IMG/VR virus record: IMGVR_UViG_3300021961_000137
Coordinates: 1-53,280 of that record
Reading direction: 5' to 3' (one strand)
Length of the DNA: 53,280 nucleotides
DNA from: a virus
Taxonomy: Duplodnaviria; Caudoviricetes
Below, piece after piece: positions 51,379 through 53,280 of this stretch (its first letter is position 1; the number at the start of each line of letters is the position of its first letter). The notes beneath the pieces are model-generated. The model was given only the letters and a program-made list of their open reading frames with translations, searched no databases and had not been told where the DNA came from. A program made the translations under genes and the position numbers.

Positions 51379-51407
51379 ATTGTAAGATGCTTGGGAGAAC
51401 TTGTCAA
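51379..51407 (-). promoter_or_regulatory. sigma70-type early promoter
   Basis: TTGACA-17-TACAAT. Confidence 0.85.
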
Positions 51408-51477
51408 GTCCTGGTGGATATTTATTCGGGTCTGTGTGATTTTTTGCGGGATCTGTGTGGGTTTTGTAACGGCGGCA

Positions 51478-51506
51478 TTGACATTTTTGCGAAGTGCTGA
51501 TACAAT
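51478..51506 (+). promoter_or_regulatory. sigma70-type promoter pointing into a non-coding region
   Basis: TTGACA-17-TACAAT on the plus strand; no ORF downstream. Confidence 0.75.
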
Positions 51507-51695
51507 GCACGCTAAGATAACGACTCCCAGAGACATTTAGAAGGTATAAAAAGGTCTTTATTCTCAACAATAAACACTATTGATTCTCAATAAAATAACA
51601 CTTATTGAGAATAAGTTAAACAACACAAATACATTTAAAATAACATTTATTTAATAAAAAAACGTTTTTTTACACTATTTTAACCAAAAAACAAT

Positions 51696-51722
51696 AAAAA
51701 AGAGAGGAAATAACTCCTCTCT
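51696..51722 (-). terminator. Terminator of the 52964-51747 small-gene operon
   Basis: AGAGAGGA/TCCTCTCT stem followed by a T run on the minus strand. Confidence 0.75.
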
Positions 51723-51746
51723 GTGTATTAGGTTTCTATTCACGAA

Positions 51747-51890
51747 TTAAAACCTTTGTCTTTCATAACTTGACTCATTCCAACCATTACGATAGTATTC
51801 ACGACGTTCATAATCTTCTGCATCCATTACATCATCATGCTCTAGATCTTCTTGATCGTATTCACTATTGTAGAAACTTGTTTGATTCAT
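51747..51890 (-). CDS. Small acidic hypothetical protein, 47 aa
   Basis: Manual translation MNQTSFYNSEYDQEDLEHDDVMDAEDYERREYYRNGWNESSYERQRF; ATGA-coupled. Confidence 0.6.
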   Translation of the reverse strand: MNQTSFYNSEYDQEDLEHDDVMDAEDYERREYYRNGWNESSYERQRF

Positions 51891-52015
51891 TGTGATGATT
51901 GGATTGCGAAGGATTCAATACCATTGACTGCACGATTACCTAGATTAGCAATACCTTGGAACCCTACAGTTGAAAGAACAATACCAGTGATGATTCCAAT
52001 GATAAAGTTATTCAT
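51887..52015 (-). CDS. Small membrane-anchored hypothetical protein, 42 aa
   Basis: Manual translation MNNFIIGIITGIVLSTVGFQGIANLGNRAVNGIESFAIQSSQ; ATGA-coupled on both sides. Confidence 0.65.
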   Translation of the reverse strand: MNNFIIGIITGIVLSTVGFQGIANLGNRAVNGIESFAIQSSQ

Positions 52016-52287
52016 TGCTTACTACGAATCCTACGAACTTCATCATCAATAATTTCATTTACCTGTTCATAGATATAATCACATCCACCAAGTTCAATCA
52101 ACACCTCATCAGTATCATCATCGTTGAGGAACTTCTCTACATTTAGGTCAGGAAATCCATCCTCACCATTATCATAATAAATCACATCATTCTTGGTGAA
52201 TACAAATGCTGCAACTGGTGCATCTTCTCCTTGTGTTTCAATCAAGTTGTTGATGCTGTCACGAAGTTGTGAAAGTGTGCGGTACAT
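52012..52287 (-). CDS. Hypothetical acidic protein
   Basis: From the ORF track (52012..52293); ATG at 52287 (MYRTL) follows the upstream stop. Confidence 0.7.
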   Translation of the reverse strand: MYRTLSQLRDSINNLIETQGEDAPVAAFVFTKNDVIYYDNGEDGFPDLNVEKFLNDDDTDEVLIELGGCDYIYEQVNEIIDDEVRRIRSKQ

Positions 52288-52289
52288 GA

Positions 52290-52466
52290 TCAAAAACGAA
52301 TGATAGGATGATCTAAATTAAGAAAGTCGCAATCCTCATCTGAAAATGTAAGATCTACATTAAGTTGAATAAATTGATCCTCCCAACTGTTGTAGATACA
52401 AACATCTTCATTCAGTTGATCTTCATTGAGTTGTTGTAACTGTTGCAGAAGTTCTTTGTAAGTCAT
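52290..52466 (-). CDS. Small hypothetical protein, 58 aa
   Basis: Manual translation MTYKELLQQLQQLNEDQLNEDVCIY...DHPIIRF; TGATG-coupled. Confidence 0.65.
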   Translation of the reverse strand: MTYKELLQQLQQLNEDQLNEDVCIYNSWEDQFIQLNVDLTFSDEDCDFLNLDHPIIRF

Positions 52467-52624
52467 CAATCATCTCCAAAGTTGTTGACAAGAAAATCCT
52501 CAAGTTCGCAAAGTTCCACCTCATCCAAGGAGTCAATGTAGTTATGCAAAGTATCTGCTAAGACACCATTATTCTTTTGGCAGGTTTCATACAGAAACTC
52601 AAAAAGTTGCGTTTTGGTAGTCAT
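52466..52624 (-). CDS. Small hypothetical protein, 52 aa
   Basis: Manual translation MTTKTQLFEFLYETCQK...FLVNNFGDD. Confidence 0.65.
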   Translation of the reverse strand: MTTKTQLFEFLYETCQKNNGVLADTLHNYIDSLDEVELCELEDFLVNNFGDD

Positions 52625-52626
52625 AA

Positions 52627-52794
52627 TCAAACAGGAAAAACTTCAACAGAACGAATGAGATTAGTACGATCTGATGCTAGATAATCATCAGCAATCTTAC
52701 CACATGATGAACGCGATTGAATGATCTTTTCCTCATAAAGATTCTCATCTTCATCAGGAACCCAATACTCAATCAGCATACGATAAGTGTTCAT
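52627..52794 (-). CDS. Small hypothetical protein, 55 aa
   Basis: Manual translation MNTYRMLIEYWVPDEDENL...RSVEVFPV; ATGA-coupled. Confidence 0.65.
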   Translation of the reverse strand: MNTYRMLIEYWVPDEDENLYEEKIIQSRSSCGKIADDYLASDRTNLIRSVEVFPV

Positions 52795-52964
52795 GCAAAC
52801 ACCTCAGTTAGTTTGATAAAGTTCATACCACGAACTTCATAAATGTTGACACGTTCACCAGAAAGTTCAACACTCCAATCAAATGCAACATCATACGCTT
52901 GTTCTAAATCAGTGTACCATTCTGCATCATCTTGTGGCAGAGAAGTAGGAAGAACAGCAAACAT
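52791..52964 (-). CDS. Small hypothetical protein, 57 aa
   Basis: Manual translation MFAVLPTSLPQDDAEWYTDLEQAYDVAFDWSVE...LTEVFA; -10 TATTCT and dyad box upstream. Confidence 0.65.
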   Translation of the reverse strand: MFAVLPTSLPQDDAEWYTDLEQAYDVAFDWSVELSGERVNIYEVRGMNFIKLTEVFA

Positions 52965-53054
52965 GTCGGTTGAGTTGTTTTCGACTCTTTAAGAATACAT
53001 CATTTTGAGCACTGTGCTCATTTATTGTGACAGTTCTTCAACTGGCACTTAGTT

Positions 53055-53204
53055 TCAATCATTGTCTATTTGTCCTCCTTTAATTTCAACATTATCAAGA
53101 ATAGTTACAACTGAATTGTTTGGTGTAAGATACTCAATTTGTAATACATTTGGCGCAATTTCAGTAGAACCAATGATCGTAGAAGCAATGAGAAGTTCAA
53201 GCAT
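53055..53204 (-). CDS. Small hypothetical protein (probable start MLELLIAS)
   Basis: From the ORF track (53055..53237); start uncertain. Confidence 0.55.
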   Translation of the reverse strand: MLELLIASTIIGSTEIAPNVLQIEYLTPNNSVVTILDNVEIKGGQIDND

Positions 53205-53280
53205 GATGAAAGTGAAAACGAAGAACAATAGATGCAAACAAACAGAAATTAAGCATGGATGATGTCATATTGAAGAGACT

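Noticed and set aside
50890-51570. Long starts for ORFs 50563..50922 and 51178..51570
   Set aside because: The extensions run through clear promoters; downstream ATGs at 50889 and 51351 fit better.

Overview
This window is a 53-kb piece of a large T4-like myovirus genome, most likely a cyanophage (Kyanoviridae-like gene order and small conserved ORFs). Essentially all genes are on the minus strand. Positions 1-43.8 kb are the late virion module: gp21, gp67-like, gp20, gp19, gp18, gp17, gp16, gp15, gp14, gp13, a DUF4815/VrlC-like structural locus, gp8, two fibre/baseplate proteins, a 4035-aa gp7, gp6 and gp25, with T4-type late promoters (TATAAATA and variants). Positions 43.8-46.5 kb hold small hypotheticals and a GT-A glycosyltransferase-like gene. 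Positions 46.6-53.3 kb are an early/accessory region of small genes, many with their own sigma70-like promoter and terminator. Two features stand out. (1) The normally single giant DUF4815-type protein is split into three genes. The first two end in the N-terminal SDxxLKxNI piece of a peptidase-S74 autocleaving chaperone, and the rest of the S74 domain is a free-standing 84-aa ORF, suggesting a split chaperone shared in trans. (2) Six non-coding units are interleaved with the early genes. Each carries the motif ACCCTGCnnnGAAATA, in five cases exactly 12 nt after a plus-strand -10 box, and five have a covarying stem, suggesting a multi-copy structured antisense small-RNA family. Family assignments come from motif recognition, not database searches.
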